Shown: positions 19,989-29,012 of the stretch, piece by piece
Layout of the letters: each line of letters begins with the position of its first letter
Position numbering within the stretch: position 1 is the stretch's first letter
The notes under the pieces: model-generated
Databases searched by the model: none
Told to the model about the DNA's origin: nothing
What the model saw: only the letters and a program-made list of their open reading frames with translations
NCBI GenBank assembly: GCA_021498095.1
Contig: JAIZWK010000001.1
Coordinates: forward strand, 270,001-302,000
Origin: Candidatus Harpocratesius repetitus
Lineage (GTDB): Archaea; Asgardarchaeota; Lokiarchaeia; Sigyniarchaeales; Promethearchaeaceae
Length of the DNA: 32,000 nucleotides
Reading direction: 5' to 3'
Translations under genes and position numbers: made by a program

Positions 19989-20897
19989 TCAAGTTATTTT
20001 TCTTTCTTTACCACAAAAAGGACAAAAGTCTGATTTTTGAAAGATTTTTCTTCCACAGTATTCACATTTTATTCTTCGTAATTTAGAGATATTTTCTTTT
20101 TGAGAATAAATCAAAACACTTACTAAAATCGCAGGAACAATAATAAGTTTAATAAAGAAGGGTATCAAATCTGTTGCACATGATACTATAATATCAAAGA
20201 AAATTGCAACTAAAATCCCACAAAAACTTCTTTTATTAATACTTTTTCTCTCTTCGTTTAGCAGTTTAATCTCATTTCTATGTTTTTCTTGTTCTTTTCT
20301 AATCTCGTTCAAATGTTTTTCTTGCATATCAGAAAACTTTAAAGTTGCGATTTCAATATTTGAAGCATATTTTTCTAAAAAAACATCATGATCTTTATGA
20401 TACTTTTGAACTTTTTTAATCAAAACTAAAAATTCGTCATATTTTATTTCGTATATGGAATTATTGGTAGTCATATCTGATTTTATTTCTCTAATATGAC
20501 TGATTTCTCCATGCAACTTCCTTCTTATTTCTTCAGATTGTCTAATGAAATCTAATACTATCGGATCTTGAATTATCATTTTCTTAAGAAAATTCTCTAC
20601 TTTTTGAATTTTATTTCGATCTTCGATAAGCATCAGTTCAAGAGACTCGAGCCCTGCTCTTTTAAAATGTTTTCTGCTATCTTGAATTAGAGTGGTTTTT
20701 TCTTTTTCAATTCCCATTAATAAATCATCAAAACCAGCATTAATATGCTTCAAAATAGGAAGAATTTCTTTAGAATAAGCAGTAGATACATCAATATATA
20801 ATTTTCTAATAATTTGATATAATTTAATGTCCCGTTCGATTGAATCTTTAGTGTTTTTGTCTGAAATGAAGTTTAAATTAATTGACAAATTGATCAA
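19989..20897 (-). CDS. Hypothetical helical/coiled-coil protein with two C-terminal TM helices and a zinc ribbon
   Basis: 302 aa, TTG start uncertain. Charged helical body, FCGILVAIFFDIIVSCA and LIPFFIKLIIVPAILVSVLIY hydrophobic segments, CEYC-x10-CPFC. Confidence 0.7.
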   Translation of the reverse strand: MINLSINLNFISDKNTKDSIERDIKLYQIIRKLYIDVSTAYSKEILPILKHINAGFDDLLMGIEKEKTTLIQDSRKHFKRAGLESLELMLIEDRNKIQKVENFLKKMIIQDPIVLDFIRQSEEIRRKLHGEISHIREIKSDMTTNNSIYEIKYDEFLVLIKKVQKYHKDHDVFLEKYASNIEIATLKFSDMQEKHLNEIRKEQEKHRNEIKLLNEERKSINKRSFCGILVAIFFDIIVSCATDLIPFFIKLIIVPAILVSVLIYSQKENISKLRRIKCEYCGRKIFQKSDFCPFCGKERKIT

Positions 20898-20929
20898 ATA
20901 ATTTATTAAACAAGGATATTAAAAAAGAT

Positions 20930-21127
20930 TTATTCTAAATCCGACAAATCTTTGTAATCTAAAATTTTCTTCATAGAAGAATGAAGACCTAGTGTATCAC
21001 AAATCAATGAATCATCAAAGTCTATTTCTTCGCGCGATTCTTGGATAAGTCTACCTACAATGCCCAGTTTATTTAATCTTTCTTTTTCTTTTTTTCTTGC
21101 ATTTTTAACTTCTTCCAAGATTGACAT
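20930..21127 (-). CDS. Small hypothetical protein (65 aa)
   Basis: ATG start, protein-like charged composition, co-oriented 32 nt upstream of the 302-aa gene. Confidence 0.55.
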   Translation of the reverse strand: MSILEEVKNARKKEKERLNKLGIVGRLIQESREEIDFDDSLICDTLGLHSSMKKILDYKDLSDLE

Positions 21128-21369
21128 GATGTGGCCTCTTATACTATCAACTCTATTTTTAACTTACATTTAAATGATATAAAAATTAGTTAATAAATAC
21201 TTTTAATAACTCCTTTTTATTTTTTACGATGTTCTAAATTTACAAAAAATTTGTGTAATAATTACAACCAAAGGCATTCATTCTTCTTTTTACTTCTCAT
21301 GATAGACGTTTCTTTTTGAGATCTCTTAAATCAAAAATGTACCCCTTTTTATCAGTTCTTTTTATATTA

Positions 21370-22251
21370 CTATTTTTCCTTCTCAAAAATTAAAGTTCCA
21401 ATCGGAGCGTTAAAAATACCAGCAACAACTGAGCATTTCGCCTTTAACAAATAGAATATTGAACCTTTTGGTTTTAAATTTAAGGATTTAGAAATACCTT
21501 CTAAAGACTCGAAATTTCCCTGTCCTTTCGAAATAATAAGATCTGCGTTCTGAAATACATTGATAAATTCAGAAGATACTTCTTCAAATATTACTCCTGG
21601 AGATAAAGATCCTTCGACAACTTTACAGATTTCTGATAACCCAATTTCATCCGCTTCAATACGAGTAATATCATTAATTGCTGGTCCACCGCGCACACCA
21701 TAAATTATTTGTATGCTTGGGTAGTGTTTTTGTATGAATTCTATAAAGATCTTATCGAATACGGCTTCACCGCAATTGTCACCGATGATAAATAATACTC
21801 TACTTTGTATTAATTTCTGACGAAAATGCTCCATAGTTTTAGCATTCAATGTAGCATCTTCAATTTTATTTAAATCTTCTTCTATATTAAAGCTGTGAGG
21901 TGCCCCAAAATCTATGGTATTGCCGATTATCATTAATTTAACAGCGGTAAATAGAGGATCAGAAGATGATTTCAAAACTTGTTTTATTTGGGGAATTAAG
22001 GTTTGGACGAGATTATTATCGCGCTGTTTTATCGTTCGATAAGGATCTGGATCTTTAATTTCTTCAGCGATCGTTTGATAAACAATTTTTCCATAATAGG
22101 GAAGTTTTGTATGGTTTTCATGGATAATTTTTCGCATAACTTTTTTTTGAACTTCCACAATCTCTTCATTTTCCATATTTGGTCGCAATAACCGTATACT
22201 TTTAAGAACTTGGGAGAGAAAACAGGACATACATTCTGCTTGAATTTCCAT
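21370..22251 (-). CDS. DUF89/ARMT1-like damage-control phosphatase
   Basis: ECMSC N-terminal CxxC, GNTIDFG, DNCGEAVFD, AINDIT and ISKGQGNFESL. Confidence 0.92.
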   Translation of the reverse strand: MEIQAECMSCFLSQVLKSIRLLRPNMENEEIVEVQKKVMRKIIHENHTKLPYYGKIVYQTIAEEIKDPDPYRTIKQRDNNLVQTLIPQIKQVLKSSSDPLFTAVKLMIIGNTIDFGAPHSFNIEEDLNKIEDATLNAKTMEHFRQKLIQSRVLFIIGDNCGEAVFDKIFIEFIQKHYPSIQIIYGVRGGPAINDITRIEADEIGLSEICKVVEGSLSPGVIFEEVSSEFINVFQNADLIISKGQGNFESLEGISKSLNLKPKGSIFYLLKAKCSVVAGIFNAPIGTLIFEKEK

Positions 22252-22423
22252 CGCTAATCTTAGAAAGTTTTCTCCAAATAAAAATTTAGTAAGAACAATG
22301 ATTAAATAATCAATTTAGATGATTTAAATGAAATGCTCCAATAATGATTCTTCCCTTTGATTTCCCATAATTGTAAAATAAAATTTATAGAGATTTTAAA
22401 TAGAAAGAAAATTTGGTTTAAAT

Positions 22424-23131
22424 ATGAAGACTCAAGTCCCTCAAAAATTCAGCTTGAAGGAAATTCGTGCGGCGGGATTGACATTAGATCAAGTACGGAA
22501 GCACAAATTATCAATTGACAAACGACGGAAAGGAATGGATAATGAACGTATTACCTATTTAAAATCCCTCGGAATTCCTGCCCAATATACTGGTCCTAAA
22601 CCCCAGCCACCTAAAATAAAATCACGTATACCTAAAAAACGAAAAGTACAAATCAAAAAGCCAAAAACTGTTGAAATTAAGACCACAGTTAAACCAAAAA
22701 CTAGCATTAAAGTCAAATCTACAGCAACATCTAAATCTACAGTTAAACCAAAATCCAGGTCCACGTCTACTAAAAAACCAGCTGTAAAATCCACAGTAAA
22801 ACCTTCAGTTAAACCAGTTGAAAAACCAATTGAAAAACCTGTTGAAAAACCAGCTAAAGAACCAACTAAGAAACAAACTGAAAAATCTGAAGAGAAAAAT
22901 ACATTTACTAAGAACCCTTCGAAATCTCTTGATCCTAAAGTTCAAGATGCAATCTCTAAGATTTTCAAAGATACACCATTGTTCACAAAAAAATCCGACT
23001 TATTAGAAGCAATTGAAAAGCATGTTGCATCTATTACAGACATGAGTACTACTCAAATCTTTGATAAGTTAAAAAATGAAAATGTCATCAAGTATTCCCG
23101 CACATCTCCTCGAGGATATTCACTTAATTAA
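22424..23131 (+). CDS. Ribosomal protein eL13 (L13e)-like domain fused via a Lys/Pro/Thr-rich linker to a putative winged-helix C-terminal domain
   Basis: FSLKEIRAAGLTLDQVRKHKLSIDKRRKGMDNERITYLKSL resembles the archaeal L13e core (FSxxELxxAGL...xGIxVDxRR). Includes 4 x 12-bp KPxE-type repeats at 22811-22858. Confidence 0.7.
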   Translation: MKTQVPQKFSLKEIRAAGLTLDQVRKHKLSIDKRRKGMDNERITYLKSLGIPAQYTGPKPQPPKIKSRIPKKRKVQIKKPKTVEIKTTVKPKTSIKVKSTATSKSTVKPKSRSTSTKKPAVKSTVKPSVKPVEKPIEKPVEKPAKEPTKKQTEKSEEKNTFTKNPSKSLDPKVQDAISKIFKDTPLFTKKSDLLEAIEKHVASITDMSTTQIFDKLKNENVIKYSRTSPRGYSLN

Positions 23132-23427
23132 TTTTTCTTTTCTTTTTTCTAATTTTAATAATTTTTGATATCTATTGCTTTCTGTTACATATATTTCATC
23201 TTAACATCTCTATTCCTTATATAAATATATCAATATCTCTTCAAATTCCAAGCATTTTATACTGTTTTTATATTATTTTTGTATCCTTATCTTGTCTCTC
23301 TAAGCATTAAATAAAATGAGAACCAAGAAAAAATCTGATGAAAAAATTTTAAGAAAAAATGATAATTTGGGTTATGATTTAAGGTTTAAATATTATTACA
23401 AGGCACATTTTCTGCTATAACATGTAA

Positions 23428-25383
23428 TCATGATTTTCTTCGATAGTATAACCCAGTTAGCGAAACTACTAATACACCCATAATTATTGGGGTAGAAAAT
23501 CCAGGAACTTTCAATCCATTATTATCATCATCATCGGTTGAAGTATCATCAGTTGAAGTATCATCAGTTGAAGTATCATCGGTTGAAGTATCATCAGTTG
23601 AAGTATCATCAGTTTGGGGCTCATCTGAGTCGCCCACATTTAATATTTGATAAGGTAAATAACCAGGATCATAGACGGTTAAATTTAAAGTGCTTAATTC
23701 TGATGAATTATATGGTATTTGAATTATACCTTCAGCAGAAGATAAGCCCTTAAAGAGAACACTTTCTTCTCTGGTGATTGTAATTGTTGCGTTCGCTAAT
23801 GGTAAACCTTCAATATTGGAAATTTTCAAATCAGTGTATTCTTGAGTGCTATTTTTGGTTACATTTATAATCTGAGGGCGTTGAAACCACAGACGAACTT
23901 CTGGATCGCCCATTAAATTCATTTGCTTTAAGGTTTTATTTTCCCAATCTGGAAAATATGGACGATCGGCATTATAATAAAGTGGATTGGCTCTATCTAA
24001 AACGTAATCTTCTTTTGCCAACGCTAAAGCAGCCCCCGGTTGTTGAGAAATCATAAGCTGTTCGAAAAAGCGGTAGGTCAACCCGTCCGAATACCAACCT
24101 CCATACTCACGCTCATACCACTCATCTTCACCCCAAACAACCTGACTACCTCCAATTGCACCAATAGCAATTGTTTTTAAAAATGTTTCAGTTAAGCAAT
24201 CTGTTGGAGCATTAAAAGTACCTACACTGCAACCACCTAAATAGTAAAAACCGAGGACGTTTGTGTTTGGTGCTAAATCATCATAAACTGTTATCAAAGG
24301 TATTGAAAGAGTCTCATCTATTGCAGGGGCATAATATCCAGTGCCATTTCTATCGAATAAGCCATCACCATCGTAATCTTTTGAAAATATGGTTCGATAC
24401 ATAGAATATGGATTTCCATGACCAGCAATTGCCCCAATGCTATACCCATGATTAAGTTGTGCAACCAAACTATCTTCAGAAATGCTTTCATTAACCGAAT
24501 ATTTCGTGGGAACAAGCCCTTGAGTTTCTCCCATAAAATATGTCGACCAATTAGTTATACTTTCATTTAAAATCGTTTTATCGATAAAATGGGTAAATCG
24601 ATTATAATCACCACCTAAATAATCAGGTTGACTGTCATTATCCCAATCTTCATCGAAAAACAACTGAGCACCAGCCATTAAAGCACTCCCAAACCAATCA
24701 CCATCAGGAGGTGCACTTTCATATTGTACAACTCGATCGGCTAAAAATTTAAGTTCATTAAAGGAATTCACTGATAATCTTCCTACATAAACTTCGGGGT
24801 GGTAATCGAAACCGTCATCCAATTCTCCCCAAATCTGATTATTGTTTGAATCCCAATCATTATCCAGATCTGTATAATATGAATCACAACTCACATAATC
24901 ACCATCACCAGAATAATCTTCAGGTGCATATGCTTCACGTGTTGGAACATCATCTTCATCACCAGCTAAAAGCACCCATGTTGTATTATAATTTTCATAG
25001 TAATCAGTAATACATGATTTGATTTTTGCAGCTAAATCTATACCATCATAGTTAGTATTGATAAATCCAATTGGTATTATCACAGCTGAAACACCTTTCT
25101 GACTTTTCCAATTAGCCAATTCCTGCACTGCATCCACATTATCATCAGGAACAATAATCAAATAGTCCACTCCATACAATAACTCTGATGAAAGATCAGG
25201 TTTTGATATATACAAGAGTCTATCTTGTGAATAATTGTTTGTTCTATTCAATTTTGTGCTTGATTTCGGAATTAAATCAATAAATAGAAAGGATCCTATT
25301 ATTGAACTTATAAGTAAAAATCCAAAAAGATATGGTATTAATCTTCTTGAATTCCTATGATTTTTAATAGTATATCTCTTCAT
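23428..25383 (-). CDS. Secreted C25 (gingipain-like) cysteine peptidase with acidic linker and PGF/Loki-CTERM-type sorting tail
   Basis: Signal anchor; YLIIVP, WKSQKG, WVLLAGD, SCDSYYTDLD...PEVYVGRL; catalytic AGHG (His 24418-24420) and GGC (Cys 24229-24231); C-terminus VPGFSTPIIMGVLVVSLTGLYYRRKS. Confidence 0.9.
   Translation of the reverse strand: MKRYTIKNHRNSRRLIPYLFGFLLISSIIGSFLFIDLIPKSSTKLNRTNNYSQDRLLYISKPDLSSELLYGVDYLIIVPDDNVDAVQELANWKSQKGVSAVIIPIGFINTNYDGIDLAAKIKSCITDYYENYNTTWVLLAGDEDDVPTREAYAPEDYSGDGDYVSCDSYYTDLDNDWDSNNNQIWGELDDGFDYHPEVYVGRLSVNSFNELKFLADRVVQYESAPPDGDWFGSALMAGAQLFFDEDWDNDSQPDYLGGDYNRFTHFIDKTILNESITNWSTYFMGETQGLVPTKYSVNESISEDSLVAQLNHGYSIGAIAGHGNPYSMYRTIFSKDYDGDGLFDRNGTGYYAPAIDETLSIPLITVYDDLAPNTNVLGFYYLGGCSVGTFNAPTDCLTETFLKTIAIGAIGGSQVVWGEDEWYEREYGGWYSDGLTYRFFEQLMISQQPGAALALAKEDYVLDRANPLYYNADRPYFPDWENKTLKQMNLMGDPEVRLWFQRPQIINVTKNSTQEYTDLKISNIEGLPLANATITITREESVLFKGLSSAEGIIQIPYNSSELSTLNLTVYDPGYLPYQILNVGDSDEPQTDDTSTDDTSTDDTSTDDTSTDDTSTDDDDNNGLKVPGFSTPIIMGVLVVSLTGLYYRRKS
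23537..23611. repeat. Coding tandem repeat, 5 x 15 bp (GTTGAAGTATCATCR), encoding (TDDTS)5 on the minus strand
   Basis: Five near-identical copies read directly; only the last base varies (A/G). Confidence 0.95.
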
Positions 25384-25666
25384 GAGTTAGAATTCATATT
25401 GACTCTAACCTTTTAAATCATATGGTGTTATTTAAAAGAGTTATTCAAAAAATCCAAAACTATTTTTTTTATGGATGAAAATTCTCAAATTTAATTTGCT
25501 TTACTCTTCTTACTCCCAATTTACAAATCGATCCATCCATTAAAATTATCACAAGATTTCAATACTTCAATATTGATTTATTCCCATTTTTTCCCCACCC
25601 TCTCAACAGAAAGCAAATAATTTATAGAAGGCATTCTAATTCCACATAATTTAATGTTCTTTAAAT

Positions 25667-27451
25667 TTGTTAATTTTAATTATTGAGAACATCATTACAT
25701 TCTTATTGGATTGCATGAATATGACCCCTAAAGATGAAATAACGCTTGATTTTATTCGAAATCAAATTATAGGTCGAGATTATAAATTTAAAACACCATT
25801 TGGTACCCGACTACTTACTTATGCTGATTTTACTGCTTCAGGTCGTGCGTTAAACTTTATTGAAAAATTCCTTATTCACGTACAGCGCTCTTATGCTAAT
25901 ACTCACACCGAAGATGATGCCACAGGTCGTACAATGACGGGTCTCCTTCACAATTCAGAACATATTATAAAAAAAGCATTTAATGCTGAACATGGATACT
26001 GCATTATTGCTCATGGAACTGGCAGCACCGGCGCAATCTCAAAATTTCAAGAAATAATAGGTGTTCGCATTGCCCCTGCTACTAAAGCATTGTACCAATC
26101 ATTGCTTGAAAAATACTTTAAAGAACATCCCAAAATCCGCTCGACGTATTCTGAAATTTCACAATTCGTTGAAGCTCATAAACCAGTCGTATTTATTAGC
26201 TCTTACGAACACCATTCAAATGAAATTATGTGGCGCGAATCTTTTGCTGATGTTGTTGAAGTTAATTTAACTAATGAAGGAACAATCGATTTAGAAGACC
26301 TTGAAACAAAATTATCTGATTCTCGCTATAAAGATCGATTAAAAATCGGCTCATTCTCAGCTGCATCCAATGTCACTGGAATTATAAGCCCTGTTTATGA
26401 CATTGCACGAATTTTACATAAGTATGATGCGATTGCGTGCTTTGATTTTGCAGCTAGCGCCCCCTATGTAAAAATTGATATGCATAAAGATGATGAATGT
26501 TATTTTGATGCGATCTTTATTTCACCACACAAATTCTTAGGCGGCCCTGGTGCTACTGGAATTCTGGTTTTTAATGAAAAACTTTACAACACATCACTAC
26601 CTCCAACCTTCGCAGCGGGTGGAACTGTTGATTATGTAAGCCCATTTGCAGTAGATTACACTAAAGACATTGAAACACGCGAAAAAGCAGGAACCCCAGG
26701 AATTATTCAGACAATTCGCGCCGCTTTAGCAATTGACTTGAAGGATCACATCGGCATGGCTGTTTTAGAAGAAAAAGAAAAAGATTTCTGCCACCGCGGA
26801 ATGCAACGTTTGGCGAAAATTCCAAATGTAGAGATTTTAGGCAATCAAGATCCAAACAAGCGCATTCCTATAATTTCCTTTGTCATTCGTTATAAGGACG
26901 GATATTTACATCCCAAATTCAGCACTAAGTTACTCAATGATTTGTTTGGGATTCAATCTCGAGCAGGTTGTAGTTGTGCAGGAGTATACGGCCATCGACT
27001 GTTGAATATTGATCATAAAACATCTGAAAAATTTAGAACACTTGTTCAAAATGGACTATTTTCAATAAAACCAGGATGGACACGAATCAATTTTCACTAT
27101 TCATTTTCAGAAGCAGAGTTTCAGTTTATTTTGGATGCAATTGAATTTGTTGCAACCCATGGACCAAAGTTCCTTCCACTTTATCAAATAGATTTGAAAA
27201 CTGGTGATTGGTTCTATCGTGATTTTGAGGATAAAGATCTCACATTTCGCCCAACTATTCGAAATATTCTTGAACTATCCCAACGCGACTGTTTTAAAGC
27301 AGAAAAAATTGATATAGAAAAAGAATATACTTCTTATCTGAAATTTGCACACGACCAAATAAAATCGCTACCTGAACCAGAAGAATTCAAAAAATACTCA
27401 GATCCGCTTGCAGCCGAACTTCAATGGTTTTATTACTGCCATTCGGTTTAA
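25667..27451 (+). CDS. Class V aminotransferase-fold PLP enzyme (cysteine desulfurase-like)
   Basis: YADFTASGR, YEHHSNEIMWRE, DFAASAPY, SPHKF (PLP Lys), AGTP and QSRAGCSCAG (candidate persulfide Cys). The real start is probably ATG 25715 or 25721. Confidence 0.9.
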   Translation: MLILIIENIITFLLDCMNMTPKDEITLDFIRNQIIGRDYKFKTPFGTRLLTYADFTASGRALNFIEKFLIHVQRSYANTHTEDDATGRTMTGLLHNSEHIIKKAFNAEHGYCIIAHGTGSTGAISKFQEIIGVRIAPATKALYQSLLEKYFKEHPKIRSTYSEISQFVEAHKPVVFISSYEHHSNEIMWRESFADVVEVNLTNEGTIDLEDLETKLSDSRYKDRLKIGSFSAASNVTGIISPVYDIARILHKYDAIACFDFAASAPYVKIDMHKDDECYFDAIFISPHKFLGGPGATGILVFNEKLYNTSLPPTFAAGGTVDYVSPFAVDYTKDIETREKAGTPGIIQTIRAALAIDLKDHIGMAVLEEKEKDFCHRGMQRLAKIPNVEILGNQDPNKRIPIISFVIRYKDGYLHPKFSTKLLNDLFGIQSRAGCSCAGVYGHRLLNIDHKTSEKFRTLVQNGLFSIKPGWTRINFHYSFSEAEFQFILDAIEFVATHGPKFLPLYQIDLKTGDWFYRDFEDKDLTFRPTIRNILELSQRDCFKAEKIDIEKEYTSYLKFAHDQIKSLPEPEEFKKYSDPLAAELQWFYYCHSV

Positions 27452-27539
27452 TATCTAAATGATTTTTTTTATTTCGGCTAATACATTCAAAATTTAATCA
27501 AATAGTGCCAGGAAATATAAAATTAGAAGATCCACAAAA

Positions 27540-27546
27540 TTTATAT
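27540..27546 (+). promoter_or_regulatory. Probable TATA box of the tRNA-Tyr gene
   Basis: TTTATAT preceded by A-rich CACAAAA, about 33 nt upstream of the mature tRNA 5' end. Confidence 0.5.
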
Positions 27547-27578
27547 TTTTTCTCTATCTTTATCACTAAGATAGCAAT

Positions 27579-27706
27579 CCCTCCTTAGCTCAGTTGGTAG
27601 AGCGCTCGGCTGTAGATAGAAATCGCTCAGAAAAGAGAATTTTCGATGATTCTGAGTCAGTCTTGCATTTACCGGGATGTCGCCGGCTCGACTCCGGCAG
27701 GAGGGA
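27579..27706 (+). tRNA. tRNA-Tyr (GTA) with a 55-nt anticodon-loop intron
   Basis: Acceptor stem CCCTCCT/AGGAGGG, D stem GCTC/GAGC, anticodon stem CTCGG/CCGGG, GTA at 27612-27614, T stem GCCGG/CCGGC, discriminator A, C1-G72, short variable loop. Intron 27616-27670 (or 27617-27671) gives a 73-nt mature tRNA; CCA is not encoded. Confidence 0.95.
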
Positions 27707-27720
27707 CTTTTTCTTGTTTT
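27707..27720 (+). terminator. T-rich archaeal terminator downstream of the tRNA
   Basis: CTTTTTCTTGTTTT immediately after the discriminator base. Confidence 0.5.
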
Positions 27721-28522
27721 GAATAATTAATTTAATTGATTTTATTCTTTTCATGTTCCCTATTTCCAATATAGCTTTCTTCTTAATTGTATTAAAAATT
27801 AACCTGAATATATAATTGAATAAAAGAGATAAAAAAAATTTAAAAACCTTGGTTCAGATAAGAGCATTTTTCTATTGAAACAAATATTGAAAATTCATGC
27901 GATCAGAGAGAGATACCCCAACTACAATCCATGATTTGGTTAATATATAAATCTCTTGAAAATTATCACCATCACAATCTGAATCATTTCAAAATAAGGA
28001 AATTGTTTTACATATTTGTTAAACAAGCAATTTGAATTAGATTATGAAAATACGCGCTTTTAAGATGATTGCTGGCGAAAATTTATAAAAACTTTTTCTT
28101 TCAACAATATATTCGGCCTACTATTAATTTTATCTTCAATATTCAAATATTTAACATTTTTCTTGAATAACGACTGAAATATAAAAGTAATTTAATGTTA
28201 AACGATATCAAAATAAACATACATCATATATATCGGAGATGGGTCAATATACCCATTAGAATTCTGAGATAGATGAAAAAATGAATATATATTTTGCAAT
28301 TTTGCTGAAAATTGAAAGATAAATGGATAGAATTTTAATACTATTAAGAGAAAACAACCCAGATACCAAACTTCAATCGTTTAACGCTTATAATGATATT
28401 TGATTAAATATTTTGTCGCATGAACCTAATACTAATCATAAAAGCATCACATTTAAATCTGCGCAGAATAAATTAATATTAGAACATTTATTGATCTTGA
28501 AAATGATCTTAAGGGTTGTTGT

Positions 28523-28848
28523 ATGAATCGGCGTGAATATTTGTCTGGGGTGTCATCCTTAGTATTGTATTTTCAGGAGGCGCCTATATTTACAGTTTTA
28601 CTTATGAAACTTCTACAGTCATAATTACTCTTCCACAGGAAACCTTAGGTAGCCCAGAAACCGCAGCATTACGAACAATCGGATCTAGTGCTCTTTTACA
28701 AGGGTTTTATTGGGATGTGCCTGCAGGAGGAGTGTGGTATGATGAAATTGCCGCAAAAGCGCAAGAAATTGCAGATGCAGGTTTTGATTGTGTTTGGCAC
28801 CTCCCAGCGGTTTTACAGTTTGGATTCCTCAATAAAATAATAGAATAA
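28523..28848 (+). pseudogene. Relic of a membrane-anchored/secreted GH13 alpha-amylase (frameshifted and internally deleted)
   Basis: Frame 1 at 28681-28800 encodes GSSALLQGFYWDVPAGGVWYDEIAAKAQEIADAGFDCVW, matching the first strand and helix of Thermococcales/Bacteroidota-type alpha-amylases (QAFYWDVP.GG.WW..I...AG...IW). ATG 28523 (MNRRE) is one base out of frame with the signal anchor IFVWGVILSIVFSGGAYIY. Confidence 0.8.
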
Positions 28849-29012
28849 ATGCTTCTAATAAAGTTGTTCCTTTTTTCTTCTTTTTCTTCCTTTTTTCTTT
28901 TCTTTTTATTAACTTTTATTAAATTGCCTGTAAAATTTTCTTATTGGAATATTCGAAAATATCCACATCATATCACTATACAAAAGGGAAATTGGATAAA
29001 TTATAATCAGAG

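Noticed and set aside
22003-23006. ORFs 22003..22191, 22555..22794 and 22818..23006
   Set aside because: Shadows of the DUF89 gene and of the low-complexity eL13 linker.
23537-23753. 15-bp repeat as a possible CRISPR or regulatory array, and the HQLKY-repeat ORF 23538..23753
   Set aside because: No spacers; the repeat is in frame in the C25 linker, and the plus-strand ORF is its antisense by-product.
24318-26270. ORFs 24318..24515 and 26061..26270
   Set aside because: Alternate-frame ORFs inside the C25 and PLP-enzyme genes.
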